Positions 9,656 to 21,007 are shown, counted from the first letter of the stretch. The stretch is 64,000 nt of DNA from Candidatus Dormiibacterota bacterium (GCA_963718525.1 OY970355.1:448001-512000); one strand, 5' to 3'. A program made the numbers and translations. The notes: generated from the letters alone by a model not told the origin.

Positions 9656-10756
9656 ATGACCACGCCGACGCTGCTCATGATCCCCGGACCGACGCCGGTG
9701 GCACCCGCCGTGCTGGCGGCGCTCGCCGAGCCCGTGCGGAACCATACCGGCCCTGAAAACGCCGCGACGATGCTCCGCATCCAGGCGGGAATCCGTCAAC
9801 TGGCCGGCTCGGAACAGGCTCGGGTCTACTGCTTCGCAGGAGCGGGGACGCTTGCGATGGAGGTGGCGCTCGTCAATCACGCCGCGCCCGGTGATCGCGT
9901 TGCGGTCGTCACCCACGGCTATTTCGGTGATCGCTTCGCAGAGGTCGCCGGCGCGCTCGGCATGCACGCCGATGTGCTGCGGGTTGACTGGGGCGACCAT
10001 GCCGACCCTGAGGCGGTGCGAGACCTCATCAGCGGCGGCGACCCACCGGCGGTGGTCTGCATCACGCATGTCGACACCAGCAGCGGGGTCATGGCCGACT
10101 GCGCAGCGCTCGTCACCATGGTCCGTTCCGGCGCACCGGAGGCAGTCGTCGTGCTCGACGGTGTGTGTGCGACCGGCGGCATCGAGGAGACGATGGATGC
10201 GTGGGACATCGACGTCCTGATCACCGGTGCGCAGAAGGCACTCAGCGTGCCGCCGGGGCTGGCGATCGTCGCGATATCCGAGCGAGCACGCCGGCGACGC
10301 GAGTCGCTCGGTGACGTGCGTGCGTACTACGCCGACCTCCGCCGCTGGGATGCATCGGTAGATGATCCGCGCAAATACTTCTCGACGCACTCGGTCTCAT
10401 TGCTTCGCGCGCTCGAGCAGTCACTCGACGGCATCCTGACCGAGGGACTCCCTGCTCGTTACGAGCGACACCGGCGCGTCGCCGGAATGATCCGCGACGG
10501 CATGCGAGAGCTCGGGTTCGTTCCGCTCACCAGACCCGAGCACCTCGCGCCGACCTTGAGCGTCCTGGCGCTCCCCGACGGCGTCGACGACGCGAAGCTT
10601 CGCGCCGGCATGGCCGAGCGCGGCGTGGTGATCGCTCCGTGCCTCGGACCATGGGCAGGACGCGGCGTGCGCATCGGGCACATGGGAACGGTCACCGAGG
10701 CGGAGGCTGCGCGCACCATCGACGCCGCGGCGGTGGCGGCGGGCACGCATGCTTGA
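9656..10756 (+). CDS. Alanine/serine-glyoxylate aminotransferase family (class V PLP)
   Basis: LLMIPGPTPV, GTLAME, HVDTSSGV, TGAQKALSVPPGL, RIGHMG; alternative ATG at 9644. Confidence 0.9.
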   Translation: MTTPTLLMIPGPTPVAPAVLAALAEPVRNHTGPENAATMLRIQAGIRQLAGSEQARVYCFAGAGTLAMEVALVNHAAPGDRVAVVTHGYFGDRFAEVAGALGMHADVLRVDWGDHADPEAVRDLISGGDPPAVVCITHVDTSSGVMADCAALVTMVRSGAPEAVVVLDGVCATGGIEETMDAWDIDVLITGAQKALSVPPGLAIVAISERARRRRESLGDVRAYYADLRRWDASVDDPRKYFSTHSVSLLRALEQSLDGILTEGLPARYERHRRVAGMIRDGMRELGFVPLTRPEHLAPTLSVLALPDGVDDAKLRAGMAERGVVIAPCLGPWAGRGVRIGHMGTVTEAEAARTIDAAAVAAGTHA

Positions 10757-12200
10757 CCGCGCACTGGTCGATCGCCTGCGCGACGCGGTCGGCAACGAGG
10801 GCATCATCATGTCGCCCGCGGCGTTGCAGACGTACGCATGCGACGGCCTCACCGGGCGGCGTGTCTCCCCAGCGGCAGTCGTGCTGCCACTCACCACCGA
10901 GCAGGTGGCACAGGCAGTGCGAGCGTGTGCCGAGGCGAACGCTCCGTTTGTGGCTCGTGGCGCCGGCACCGGCCTGTCCGGTGGCGCTCTGCCCGTCGCC
11001 GACGAAGTCGTCATCGGACTCAGTCGCATGCGCGCCATCATCGGCATCGACCTCGAGAATCAACAGGTGACCGTGCAGCCCGGAGTCACGAACCTCGAGG
11101 TGAGCAAGGCGGTGCGGCCGCTCGGGTATTTCTATGCACCGGATCCGTCGTCACAGCAGGTCTGCACCATCGGCGGTAACGTCGCCGAGAACTCCGGTGG
11201 CGCCCACTGCCTGAAGTACGGATTCACGACGCACCACGTCCTCGGTGCGACGTTCGTCACCCCACGCGGCGAGGTTGCCCGCCTCGGTGGCGAGGTGCGT
11301 GATGCGGCGGGCTACGACCTGCTCGGAGTCGTGATCGGCAGCGAGGGGACCCTCGGCATCGTGACCGAGGTCGTGCTACGGATCGTGCGCGTCCCCGAGT
11401 TGACTGAGACCCTGCTCGCCGCCTTCTCGACGATGGGTGACGCGGGTGAGGCGGTGTCGCGGATCATCGCCGCCGGCATCACTCCGGCGGCGATCGAGAT
11501 GATGGATCGCCTCGCCATCCAGGCGTGCGAGGAGATCGTCCACGCGGGCTATCCGGACTGCGGCGCCGCGCTGATCGTCGAGCTCGATGGGCCTGATGTC
11601 GAGTCCGCGGCGTTTCTCCGCGAGGTCATCGATATCTGCACAGCAAGCGGCGCCAACGAGACACGGGTGGCGGCCAGCGAAGCAGAGCGCGCATTGATCT
11701 GGAAAGCCCGCAAGGCTGCGTTCGCCTCGATGGGACGGATCAGCCCGAACTACTACGTCCAGGACGGGGTGATCCCGCGCACGCGACTCCGCGAGGTCCT
11801 CGAATCCATCAGCGCACTCTCGGCGAGGTATGGGCTCCGCGTCGCCAACGTCTTCCACGCAGGTGATGGCAATCTCCATCCCCTCGTGCTGTACGACAGC
11901 TCGGAGCCGGATGCGGGGGAACGTGCGCTCGAGCTGGCCGGGCTGATCCTCGAGTCCTGCATCAGCGCCGGTGGCTCGATCACCGGTGAGCACGGCGTCG
12001 GCTCCGACAAGGCGTGCTACATGCCCAAGATGTTCAGTCCCGGCTCCATCGCAGTGATGGGACGCGTCCGCGATGCATTCGACCCGGGCGATCTCTGCAA
12101 TCCGGGCAAGGCGCTTCCGACCCCGCGGCTCTGTGGCGAGGTCCCCGGAATGTATCGCCCGCACGTGATCGAGATGGCGGGATTGGCAGAGCGCCTATGA
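10749..12200 (+). CDS. glcD: Glycolate oxidase FAD subunit GlcD
   Basis: ARGAGTGLSGG, APDPSSQQVCTIGGN, GSEGTLG, HAGDGNLHP, GEHGVG. Confidence 0.92.
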   Translation: MLDRALVDRLRDAVGNEGIIMSPAALQTYACDGLTGRRVSPAAVVLPLTTEQVAQAVRACAEANAPFVARGAGTGLSGGALPVADEVVIGLSRMRAIIGIDLENQQVTVQPGVTNLEVSKAVRPLGYFYAPDPSSQQVCTIGGNVAENSGGAHCLKYGFTTHHVLGATFVTPRGEVARLGGEVRDAAGYDLLGVVIGSEGTLGIVTEVVLRIVRVPELTETLLAAFSTMGDAGEAVSRIIAAGITPAAIEMMDRLAIQACEEIVHAGYPDCGAALIVELDGPDVESAAFLREVIDICTASGANETRVAASEAERALIWKARKAAFASMGRISPNYYVQDGVIPRTRLREVLESISALSARYGLRVANVFHAGDGNLHPLVLYDSSEPDAGERALELAGLILESCISAGGSITGEHGVGSDKACYMPKMFSPGSIAVMGRVRDAFDPGDLCNPGKALPTPRLCGEVPGMYRPHVIEMAGLAERL

Positions 12201-13417
12201 CGGTCTCCACCGCGCAGGAGCTTCGGCTCTTCGGTGAGCTGGTCGGCTCGGCCCACGTTCGGGCCGGGGGGACGGACGATGCCGTCGGTGGCGTGGTGCC
12301 GAACCTGGTGGTGACGCCCGGCGACGAGGGCGAGGTCGCGTCCGTCCTCTCGGCCGTGACTGCGTGCGGACTGACCGTCGTCGCTCGCGGAGGCGGCACC
12401 AAGATCAACTGGGGCTCGCCGCCGGAACGGTGCGACGTCGTGCTGTCGACCACGCGAATCGAAGGAATCGTGGATCACGAGCCCGCGGACCTGGTCTGCG
12501 TCGTCCGAGCCGGATCGACGCTCAGCGTGGTGCAGGAGCAGCTCGCAGCGGCCCCGGGTTTCCAGCAACGCCTCATGCTCGATCCGCCCCACGGCGCCGC
12601 CGCGACCATCGGGGGCGTGGTGGCCACGGCCGCGAGCGGCCCGCTGCGCACCCGCTTCGGGACCCCGCGGGATCTCGTCATCGGCGCGAGCTTCGTCCTT
12701 TCGGATGGAACCAGGGGAAGGAGCGGTGGCAAGGTCGTGAAGAACGTGGCCGGCTTCGACGTCGCCAAGCTTCTGGTGGGTTCACTTGGCAGCCTCGCAG
12801 TGATCACCGAGGTGGCGTTCCGCCTCCACCCCGTGCCGGCTGCGTCCCGCACGGTGCTGTTCGAGTCGCGCTCCGCCTCTGACCTCTGCGAGTTCGCGAT
12901 GCGAGTGGGCAGGCTGCAAGTGACGCCCAGTGTGGTCGATCTCCACTGGCCCCGGGGCGTGGTTGTGGCCCGCTTCGACAGCTCAGAGCGGGGCGCTTCC
13001 GTCCAGGCCGAGCGCGTCGTCAAGGAGTGTGGCGGGCATATCCTCGCCGCCGGTGAGGAGGCGGCGCTGACCGCAGCTCTCCGGGACGAACCATGGACCG
13101 GCTCCGGAGCGGTGGGCGCGATCGCTGTACTGCCTTCGCTGGTCAGTCAGTTTCTGTCGTCAATGTCCGCTACATGTGACGCCATTGCGTTGCGTCCCCT
13201 GCTCGGCACCGGAGAGGTCCGCTTCCCCACGGAAGCCACGGAGATGGTTCGTGCTGCGTTGCGCACGACCGGCGGCCGCCTGATGCTCCGGCGTGGCGAC
13301 GCGCCGAGGGCGGCCGAGCCGGACGATGCGGTGGCCCTCGATCTCATGCGTTCCGTGAAACTGCAGCTCGATCCCGCACGCACGCTGAGCCCGGGGCGTC
13401 AGGTGGGTGGCATCTGA
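12197..13417 (+). CDS. glcE: Glycolate oxidase FAD-binding subunit GlcE
   Basis: RGGGTK, HEPADL, ATIGG, GGKVVKNVAGFD, GSLGSL; ATGA overlap with glcD. Confidence 0.9.
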   Translation: MTVSTAQELRLFGELVGSAHVRAGGTDDAVGGVVPNLVVTPGDEGEVASVLSAVTACGLTVVARGGGTKINWGSPPERCDVVLSTTRIEGIVDHEPADLVCVVRAGSTLSVVQEQLAAAPGFQQRLMLDPPHGAAATIGGVVATAASGPLRTRFGTPRDLVIGASFVLSDGTRGRSGGKVVKNVAGFDVAKLLVGSLGSLAVITEVAFRLHPVPAASRTVLFESRSASDLCEFAMRVGRLQVTPSVVDLHWPRGVVVARFDSSERGASVQAERVVKECGGHILAAGEEAALTAALRDEPWTGSGAVGAIAVLPSLVSQFLSSMSATCDAIALRPLLGTGEVRFPTEATEMVRAALRTTGGRLMLRRGDAPRAAEPDDAVALDLMRSVKLQLDPARTLSPGRQVGGI

Positions 13418-14807
13418 GGTGGCCGCGGTGAGCTCCGGTCCACCTCGAGTCCTGGGGCACCCGCGCGGGGATGCGGCGACCCGGGCTTTTGACGACCACC
13501 ACCCTCCGGATCCGGCGCTCGTCGCGGACTGCGTCCATTGCGGATTCTGTCTCCCGGCGTGCCCGACCTATCTGCTGTGGGGCGAGGAGATGGATTCGCC
13601 TCGTGGTCGCATTCTGCTCATGGATCTGGCTGCGCGTGGCCAGGTCGGCATGGAGCAGGAGGTGGTGCTGCACTGGGATGCGTGTCTCGGCTGCATGGCA
13701 TGCGTCGATGCGTGTCCCTCCGGAGTGCAGTACAACCGCCTCATCGAGCAGGTCCGTCCGCAGGTGGAGCGGCGCTTCGCTCGCGGTTGGCGCGCTCGCG
13801 CCTCGCGCGCTGCGCTCTTTGCGGTGCTCCCCCACCCGCGACGGATGCGGAGCGTCGCTACCGCCGTCGCCGTCACCCAGGCGCTCGGGCTCCGCAAGGC
13901 GCTGCGGCTACGAGCGGTGCAACGCCTGGTGCCGAAGACCCTGCTGCGCCTCGACGACATGGCCCCGTCGTTGCGCTTCGCCGAGCTTTCGATACGGGCG
14001 CCGCGCCACCTCACACCGGTGGGGCGGCGAGCCTTGCGAGTCGCATTGCTCACAGGATGCGTCCAGGATGCCTTCTTCGCACACGTCAATCGAGCGACCG
14101 CGCGTGTGCTCGCCGCCCACGGCTGCGAGGTGCTCGTGCCGCCCGCACAGAGTTGCTGCGGGGCGCTCGAGCTCCACGCTGGACGGGAGCGACCCGCGTT
14201 GCAGCGAATGCGCAACCTCATCGCTCAAATGGAGGCGCTCGACGTCGACCGCATCGTCGTGAACACCGCCGGCTGCGGCTCTGCGATGAAGGAGTACGGA
14301 GCGCTCCTCGCCGACGATCCGTTCTGGGCCACACGGGCTGCGAGTTTCTCGGCGCGGGTTCGCGACGTGATGGAGCTGATCGCAGATCTCGAGGTGCACC
14401 TCCCCTTCCGGCTCCATCCCCTGCCCGCGCGAGTGGCGTACCACGATGCCTGCCACCTCGTGCACGCGCAGGGCGTGCGCGTCCAGCCGCGCGCGGCGCT
14501 CGGCCGGATCCCGGATCTCGAGCTCGTCGACCTCCGGGAATCGGACGTCTGCTGCGGGAGCGCGGGAATCTACAACCTCGTTGCCCCGCAGGCCGCCGAC
14601 GATCTCGGCAATCGCAAGGCGGCACACGTCGTCGCGAGTGGCGCGGAGCTGCTCGCCGCGGGCAATGGCGGCTGCCTGCTCCAGATCCAGGCAGGAATGC
14701 GGCGTGCGGGACATCCGCTGCCAGTGGTCCACCCGGTGGAACTGCTCGATGCGTCCATCCGCGGGCTCCCCGTGACCCAATTGCTCGGCGGGTCGCGCCG
14801 CCGCTGA
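13407..14807 (+). CDS. glcF: Glycolate oxidase iron-sulfur subunit GlcF
   Basis: CVHCGFCLPACP and CLGCMACVDACP 4Fe-4S motifs, SPRGRI, two CCG domains, YHDACHL. Confidence 0.92.
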   Translation: MASEVAAVSSGPPRVLGHPRGDAATRAFDDHHPPDPALVADCVHCGFCLPACPTYLLWGEEMDSPRGRILLMDLAARGQVGMEQEVVLHWDACLGCMACVDACPSGVQYNRLIEQVRPQVERRFARGWRARASRAALFAVLPHPRRMRSVATAVAVTQALGLRKALRLRAVQRLVPKTLLRLDDMAPSLRFAELSIRAPRHLTPVGRRALRVALLTGCVQDAFFAHVNRATARVLAAHGCEVLVPPAQSCCGALELHAGRERPALQRMRNLIAQMEALDVDRIVVNTAGCGSAMKEYGALLADDPFWATRAASFSARVRDVMELIADLEVHLPFRLHPLPARVAYHDACHLVHAQGVRVQPRAALGRIPDLELVDLRESDVCCGSAGIYNLVAPQAADDLGNRKAAHVVASGAELLAAGNGGCLLQIQAGMRRAGHPLPVVHPVELLDASIRGLPVTQLLGGSRRR

Positions 14808-14844
14808 CGGTGGGCGAGCCAGCCATGCATGCGGTGTTCGGCAG

Positions 14845-16002
14845 ATGACACGCGACCGCCAGTCCCGCGTGGTCGTTGTCGGCGCGGGCGCGATCGGCCT
14901 TGCGGTTGCGCTGCAGCTCCGCCGCGCGGGCGTCGACAACGTGGTGGTGATCGACCGCAACGCAACCCCCGGGATGGGCTCGACCAGCCGCGCCAACGGC
15001 GGCGTCAGAGCGCAGTTCACGACGCCGGTGAACATCGCCTTTTCCCAGTACACGATCGCGAAGCTCCGCGAGTTGCACGAGCTCTCCGGCGCACGAGTTG
15101 GGTTCCGCGCTGTCGGCTACCTCTTCCTGACAGGGACCGATGCCGGAGAGATTGGATTGCGGCGCAGTTGGGAGCTGCAGCGGTCGCTCGGTGTCGATGT
15201 CCAATGGCTTTCGGCCGCCGACGTCATGATCACCGCGCCGTTCGTCAAGGTGGATGGGCTGGCGGCCGCGACGTTCTGTGCCGGCGATGGTGTCATCGAC
15301 CCGCACGGGGTGGTGAGCGCGCTCTGGAGCGAGTGTCTGCGTCTCGACACCACGTTCCTCCTCGACACGGAGGCGATCGGCCTGACCGGAGGCGCAGGCG
15401 CGGTCGTGCACACCACGAGCGGAGACATCGAGACCGAGTTCGTCGTCAACGCTGCGGGGCCGTTCGCCCGCGAGCTGGCGTCAGGCGCGGGCGTTGACCT
15501 TCCGGTGACATCGCGACGGAGAAATCTTGCGTGCACGGAGGCCGTCGCCGGCATTCCGGCTGCGATTCCGATGTGCGTCGACAATGACACCGGCCTGCTC
15601 ATCCGTCGAGAGGGCGCGGGAATCCTCATCGGCTTCTCGGATCCGGACGACCCCCCGAGCATGGAGACCGCATTCGACCCCGCATTTCTGGATGCCATCG
15701 CCGCGCGCATCGGCAACAGATTCCCGTTTCTCGAGGACGTCCCGATCAGCCCGCGGAAGTGCTGGGCCGGTCTCTATCCCGAAACACCTGACCATCACGC
15801 AATCGTCGACGCGCCTGCCGCGGCACCGTGGTTCATCCAGTGTGCGGGCTTCGGCGGGCACGGCATCATGCATTCATTCGCGGCGGGGCAGGCGGTCACC
15901 GAGTTGATCACCAACGGCGAATCCACGAGCTTCGACCTGCGTCCCCTGCGCTTGAGCCGCTTCAGCGAGCCCGGAGCGATCGTCGAGACCGCGGTGCTCT
16001 AG
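14845..16002 (+). CDS. FAD-dependent oxidoreductase (sarcosine oxidase beta/DadA/glycine oxidase family)
   Basis: VVGAGAIG Rossmann motif, GSTSRANGGVRAQF, WAGLYPETPDHH, GFGGHG. Confidence 0.88.
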   Translation: MTRDRQSRVVVVGAGAIGLAVALQLRRAGVDNVVVIDRNATPGMGSTSRANGGVRAQFTTPVNIAFSQYTIAKLRELHELSGARVGFRAVGYLFLTGTDAGEIGLRRSWELQRSLGVDVQWLSAADVMITAPFVKVDGLAAATFCAGDGVIDPHGVVSALWSECLRLDTTFLLDTEAIGLTGGAGAVVHTTSGDIETEFVVNAAGPFARELASGAGVDLPVTSRRRNLACTEAVAGIPAAIPMCVDNDTGLLIRREGAGILIGFSDPDDPPSMETAFDPAFLDAIAARIGNRFPFLEDVPISPRKCWAGLYPETPDHHAIVDAPAAAPWFIQCAGFGGHGIMHSFAAGQAVTELITNGESTSFDLRPLRLSRFSEPGAIVETAVL

Positions 16003-16892
16003 GCCGCGAGCAGCGCCGCGATCTCGCCCGCAGGGTCGCTCATCACCGCGCGGAGCGAGTTGCGCTGTGCATCGTCCAGCGTCAGCAGCGGGGGCCTCAC
16101 CGCATCCTCGATCGCGACCCCGCGACGTTGCAGGATGAACTTCAGGGCGGACTGAAAGGGGAAGGGTTCGATTGCGGCTCGAGCACGCGCGGCGCGAGCG
16201 CTCGCCTCTGGGGTGGCGGACCGGACCGCATCGATGGTCAATTCGGGCAGCGCGGCGGCGAGACCCGAGACGGATCCCACCGCTCCCCATGTCAGCCCTT
16301 GGCTGATCAGGCCCTCCGCGCCGATGAAGACGTCGAGGCCGTCGATGAGATAGGGCGTGACGAGGTCGAAGGTCGAGTCGGAGACCTTGAGCCCGGCCAG
16401 ATTCGGTGCCGTGGACCGAAGTCGCTCGACCACCTCGAGCGGAACGGCGTACCCGCTCCTCGCCGCGAACTCGTAGATGTAGAACGGGAGCGGCGCGCAT
16501 GCATGTGCCGCTGTATCGAGGTGGCGCCAGACCGCCTCGGCGTCGAGCGCGAAATACGGAGGCGGGATCACCGCGACCCCCGCGGCACCATGACTCGCGG
16601 CATGTTCGGCGAGGATCGCCGTCTCGTGCGTGGTCTGCGCTCCACAATGCACCACCACGGCGAGGCGGTGGTGCGCCGACGTCACGAATTCGTCCGCGGC
16701 AAAGCGGCGTTCGTCGGCGGAGAACAGGATCCCCTCGCCGGTCGTGCCCATTGCCAGGATGCCGTCGAGACCGGCCCGAGCGTAGAAGTCCACCACGGCT
16801 CCGATCCCATCGCCGTCGACGGTGCCATCCACGCCGGTGAGCGGCGTCACCGCCGCTGCGAGGGTTCCCTGCACGCGACTCGGCGATTCCAT
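15999..16892 (-). CDS. Dihydrodipicolinate synthase/aldolase family protein
   Basis: AAVTP, MGTTGEG, IPPPYF, catalytic Tyr (YIYEF) and Lys (GLKVS). Confidence 0.85.
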   Translation of the reverse strand: MESPSRVQGTLAAAVTPLTGVDGTVDGDGIGAVVDFYARAGLDGILAMGTTGEGILFSADERRFAADEFVTSAHHRLAVVVHCGAQTTHETAILAEHAASHGAAGVAVIPPPYFALDAEAVWRHLDTAAHACAPLPFYIYEFAARSGYAVPLEVVERLRSTAPNLAGLKVSDSTFDLVTPYLIDGLDVFIGAEGLISQGLTWGAVGSVSGLAAALPELTIDAVRSATPEASARAARARAAIEPFPFQSALKFILQRRGVAIEDAVRPPLLTLDDAQRNSLRAVMSDPAGEIAALLAA

Positions 16893-16895
16893 GAC

Positions 16896-19532
16896 TCAGC
16901 CGAGTGTAGCCGGACGTTCGGACAGCGACGCGACGTCATTGCGTTCGCGCGCATCCGTCCGGCGGAGCAGCAGATCAGCGACCAGCCCGGTCCACCCGGT
17001 CTGATGCGAAGCACCCAGCCCCTGTCCCGTTTCGGCATGAAAATACTCGTGGAACGGGATGGCGTCGTTGAGATCGGGCCGCGTGTAGGGCTTGACACCG
17101 GCCACCACCGGGCGCACGCCGTCAGCATTCTTCAGGAAGATCGAGGCGAGACGTGCGGCGATGTCGTCCGCAACCGCGCCGAGGTGGGCCTGCCGGCCAG
17201 ACCCTCGCGGATATTCGACAGTCCAAGCGTCGCCGAGGAAGCGGTGGTACACGCGAAGCGCCTCGATGATCAGGTGGTTCACGGGAAACCACACTGGACC
17301 ACGCCAATTCGAGTTGCCTCCGTACAGGCGTGACCTCGATTCCGCAGGCTCGTAATCGAGCCGCGCGACGGTGCCACCGAGGTCGACCTCGAGCGGATGA
17401 TCGGCGTGGAACTTGGAGAGCGCGCGCAGGCCGTGATCGCTGAGGAATTCGGAGGAGTCGAGCACGTAGTCCAGGATCCGGCGCAGACGGTCCGGGGCTA
17501 CGATCGCCAGCAGGCGGCTCTCGCGCTGGGTGTCCTCCACCTCCAGCGACACGGCGGCGGCATATCGCGGCTTGAGTGCGATGAACAGCCGCAACCGCTC
17601 GGCGAAATCGGGGAGGCGGCGCAGGGTGTCGTGACCGAGGGTCGTCGCCGCGCAGAGTGGGATGAGCCCGACGATCGAGCGTGCCTGGATTGGAATTCGT
17701 GTGCCGTCGGCGAGATGCCAGCTGTCGTAGTAGAAGCCTGCGTCGTCGTCCCACATTCCCTGCTCGTTCATGGCGGTGGCGATCCCCGCGAAGTGTTCGA
17801 AGAATTTCGTCGCCACGTCCTCGTAGGTGCGATCGAAGGTGGCGAGGATCAGGGCCATCTCGAGGAGGTTGAGCGAATACATGGCCATCCACGCAGTGCC
17901 GTCCGATTGCTCGAGGTGACCACCGGTTGGAAGGAGCACAGAACGGTTGAACGGCCCGATGTTGTCGAGTCCCAGAAAACCGCCTTCGAAGATGTTGTTG
18001 CCCTCGGCGTCCTCGCGATTCACCCACCACGTGAAGTTGATGAGCAGCTTGTGGAAGACGCGGGCCAGGAACTTGTGGTCGGTCGCCCCATCGATCTCGA
18101 ACACCCGCAGCGCCGCCCAGGCATGCACCGGTGGGTTGACGTCGTCGAACGACCACTCATAGGCCGGGAGCTGCCCGTTGGCGTGCATGTACCACTCGCG
18201 ACACAGCAGGATCAGCTGCTCCTTGGCGAATTCGGGATCCACGTGAGCCAGCGCGACGCACTGGAATCCCAGGTCCCAGGCCGCAAACCAGGGGTACTCC
18301 CACTTGTCGGGCATGGACATCACGTCGGCCGCGTCGACATGCCGCCATCCGGAGTTACGTCCCTGGAGCCGCTCCGGTGGCGGCGTGGGTTGGGCCGGGT
18401 CGCCGTCAAGCCAGCGGTTCACGTTGTAGTGGTAGAACTGCTTGCCCCAGAGCATGCCGCTGAGCGCCTGACGCGCCACCAACCGCTCGTCCGTCGTGAG
18501 CCGATCGGCAATCACGCTCGCGTAAAAGGCGTCCGCCTCGGCGCGCCGCAGTTCAAGCACTGCGCTGACCGAGTCGGTGACATCGGCTTCACGACGGCCG
18601 AAGCGAAGCCGGATCGTCGCCGTCGTGCCGGCGTCGATCGCGAGCACGTAGTGCAGCGCCGCCTTGGTCCCAACCTGCGCGGGATTCACGGTCTGCGCGC
18701 CGTGGATCAGGTGGTCGTTGATACCGTCCTTCGGAAAGCTGCTCTGCGACTTCGACCCCCAGAGCCGCTGGGCGTTGGACTCGTTGTCGCAGACGAACAG
18801 GGTGTAGTCGCCGTCTCCAGTGAGGAACATCCGGCCCACCACCGTGTGGTCGGCAACGACCCGATTGTTCTCGACGTGCAGCGCCGGCCTCGTGTCAACG
18901 AGACCCCACGCCCACGTGTTGCGAAACCACAGCGTGGGGAGCACGTGCAGCGTCTGCGCGGTGGCGCCGGCATTGCGCACGCGCAGCTCGAGGACCAGAT
19001 CTTCAGGCGTCTCCTTCGCGTAGTCGACGGTGATGTCCCAGAACCCGTCGTCGAGGACACCCGTGTCGGCGAGCTCGTACTCGGGGTCGAACTGGGTACG
19101 ACGCGCGTTCTCGGCGATCAACTGGTCATACGGGAAGGCGCTCTGCGGATACAGATACCGCCAGCGCATCCACGAGTGGGTCGGCGTCGAATCGACGTAC
19201 CACCAGTACTCCTTGGCGTCCTCTCCGTGGTTTCCCTGCGGACCGGTCAGCCCGAAGATCCGTTCCTTGAGAACAGCGTCGACGCCGTTCCAGAAGGCGA
19301 AGCCAAGACACAGCAGCTGATGCTCGTCGCAGATCCCGCCAAGACCCTCCTCGCTCCATCGGAAGGCGCGCGACCGCGCGTGGTCGTGGGGAACGTAGTT
19401 CCACGCGTCCCCATTGGCGCTGTAGTCCTCGCGCACCGTTCCCCAGGCCCGCTCGCTCAGATACGGACCCCAGCGCCGCCATCCGGCCGGATCGTCGCGA
19501 AGCCGCGCGCGCTCGGCGTCGTCGGTGCTCAC
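16896..19532 (-). CDS. MGH1-like glycoside hydrolase (GH63 family glucosidase)
   Basis: [55 protein letters not shown]...GASHQTGWT; GTG start at 19532. Confidence 0.88.
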   Translation of the reverse strand: MSTDDAERARLRDDPAGWRRWGPYLSERAWGTVREDYSANGDAWNYVPHDHARSRAFRWSEEGLGGICDEHQLLCLGFAFWNGVDAVLKERIFGLTGPQGNHGEDAKEYWWYVDSTPTHSWMRWRYLYPQSAFPYDQLIAENARRTQFDPEYELADTGVLDDGFWDITVDYAKETPEDLVLELRVRNAGATAQTLHVLPTLWFRNTWAWGLVDTRPALHVENNRVVADHTVVGRMFLTGDGDYTLFVCDNESNAQRLWGSKSQSSFPKDGINDHLIHGAQTVNPAQVGTKAALHYVLAIDAGTTATIRLRFGRREADVTDSVSAVLELRRAEADAFYASVIADRLTTDERLVARQALSGMLWGKQFYHYNVNRWLDGDPAQPTPPPERLQGRNSGWRHVDAADVMSMPDKWEYPWFAAWDLGFQCVALAHVDPEFAKEQLILLCREWYMHANGQLPAYEWSFDDVNPPVHAWAALRVFEIDGATDHKFLARVFHKLLINFTWWVNREDAEGNNIFEGGFLGLDNIGPFNRSVLLPTGGHLEQSDGTAWMAMYSLNLLEMALILATFDRTYEDVATKFFEHFAGIATAMNEQGMWDDDAGFYYDSWHLADGTRIPIQARSIVGLIPLCAATTLGHDTLRRLPDFAERLRLFIALKPRYAAAVSLEVEDTQRESRLLAIVAPDRLRRILDYVLDSSEFLSDHGLRALSKFHADHPLEVDLGGTVARLDYEPAESRSRLYGGNSNWRGPVWFPVNHLIIEALRVYHRFLGDAWTVEYPRGSGRQAHLGAVADDIAARLASIFLKNADGVRPVVAGVKPYTRPDLNDAIPFHEYFHAETGQGLGASHQTGWTGLVADLLLRRTDARERNDVASLSERPATLG

Positions 19533-19558
19533 GACGGGTTCGCCGCGCTGATCAGGCT

Positions 19559-20897
19559 CTAGCCCTGCACGGCACGGTCCGCGATCGACAGCGCACCGTC
19601 GATGACCTCGAATCCGTGCGCGAGCTCGTCCTCGCTGATGCACAGCGGCGGGTTGGTATGGATGGAGTTGTTGGAGATCATCGTGTACATGTCGTGCTCA
19701 CGAAGGTACCTGCCGACGGCGGTCATCTCGTCGCAACTCGCGTTGAAGCGGGTCATCGGCGTGTACGGGTCATGTTGCCGCACGAGATCGATGATGCCGA
19801 AGAGGCCGAGGTTGCGATGGGTTCCGACGCTGGGATGCCTCGCGGCCAGACGCTGGTGGTGAGCGCGCAGCACGGAGTCCATCGCAGCCGCGCGCTCGAT
19901 CAACCGATCCTCCTCGTAGACGCGCAGCGTTGCGAGCGACGCGGCAAGGGACACCGGGTGGCTCGAATAGGTGAGCCCGCCGTAGAACATGGTCGAATCG
20001 AACTTCTCGGCGACGTGGCGGCGCATGGCGACAGCGCCCAGCGGGAGGTACGAGGACGTCAGGCCCTTGGCCATGGTCATCAGGTCTGGAACGGTGTCCC
20101 AATGCTCGATGGCGAACCACCTGCCGGTACGTCCGAAGCCCGCCATCACCTCGTCCGCCACCATAAGAATGCCGTGGCGGTCACACAGCTCGCGAACACC
20201 CTGGATGTAACCATCGGGTGGGATCAGGATGCCGTTGGTGCCGACGACGGTCTCGAGGAATATCGCCGCGATCGTGTGCGGTCCCTCATACATGATCACG
20301 TCCTCGAGACCCTGCAGGCTCTCGGCGACTGGGCGCGGCTCGCGCTCACCCCAGCGATGGGTATCGGGATACCTGACCACGCCGACCAGCCCAGGCTCGG
20401 TGGCCCAGCGCCGCGGATCGCCGGTGAGGGTCATTGCACCCATGGTGGCTCCGTGATACGCGCGGTAACGGCCCAGGACCTTGTAGCGGCCCGTGTACTG
20501 GCGGGCGATCTTGATCGCGTTCTCGATCGCCTCGGCACCGCCTAGTGTGAAGAACACCTTGTCCATGTCGCCCGGCAGGAGTGATGTCAACTTCTCGCCG
20601 AGGCGGGCTCGAATCTCGGTGACGAACGCGGGCTGGACAAACTGCAACCTGGTGGCCTGCTCGACGATGGCGTCGATGACGCGCCGGTCACCGTGCCCGA
20701 TGTTCACCGACATCAACTGACTGTTGAAGTCGAGAATGCGCCGTCCTTCGGGGGTGAACAGCCAGAACTCCTTCCGCGTGATCGATCGCGATGGGATCGA
20801 CTGCGCCCTGCACCGACCACGAGAAGAACGTGTGTTCCTTCGACAGCCGCACGATCTCTTCACTGGTCATCCGCTCCTGGGCGACCTGAACCGTCAT
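19559..20897 (-). CDS. Class III PLP aminotransferase; apparent +1 frameshift at ~20766
   Basis: N-terminal KEHTFFSWSVQ...IDHAEG in ORF 20688..20897 with AAGGAG RBS; DFNSQL, YHGAT, ADEVMAGFGRTG, MAKGLTS in ORF 19559..20863; removing one base gives AEGVWLFTPEG. Confidence 0.87.
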
Positions 20898-21007
20898 GTT
20901 TCCCGGACTCCTTCACGTGTGATCTGCATGGCACAGTATGACGGTGCCACGAAGGGACTCCGGCGTCCGAATCCGTGCGGTCGAGCCGCCACTCGCAGCA
21001 TGACGAT

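Noticed and set aside
17397-19562. Long antisense or alternate-frame ORFs (e.g. 17397..19562, 38354..40231, 40691..42595, 47817..50054, 7250..8623)
   Set aside because: They are shadows of well-supported genes in GC-rich DNA, with no recognisable motifs.
5209-20897. fgd, the GGDEF-EAL gene and aminotransferase III as true pseudogenes or programmed frameshift genes
   Set aside because: No in-frame stops or other decay, no slippery heptamers or homopolymers, and every break shares one motif, so a systematic sequencing error fits better.
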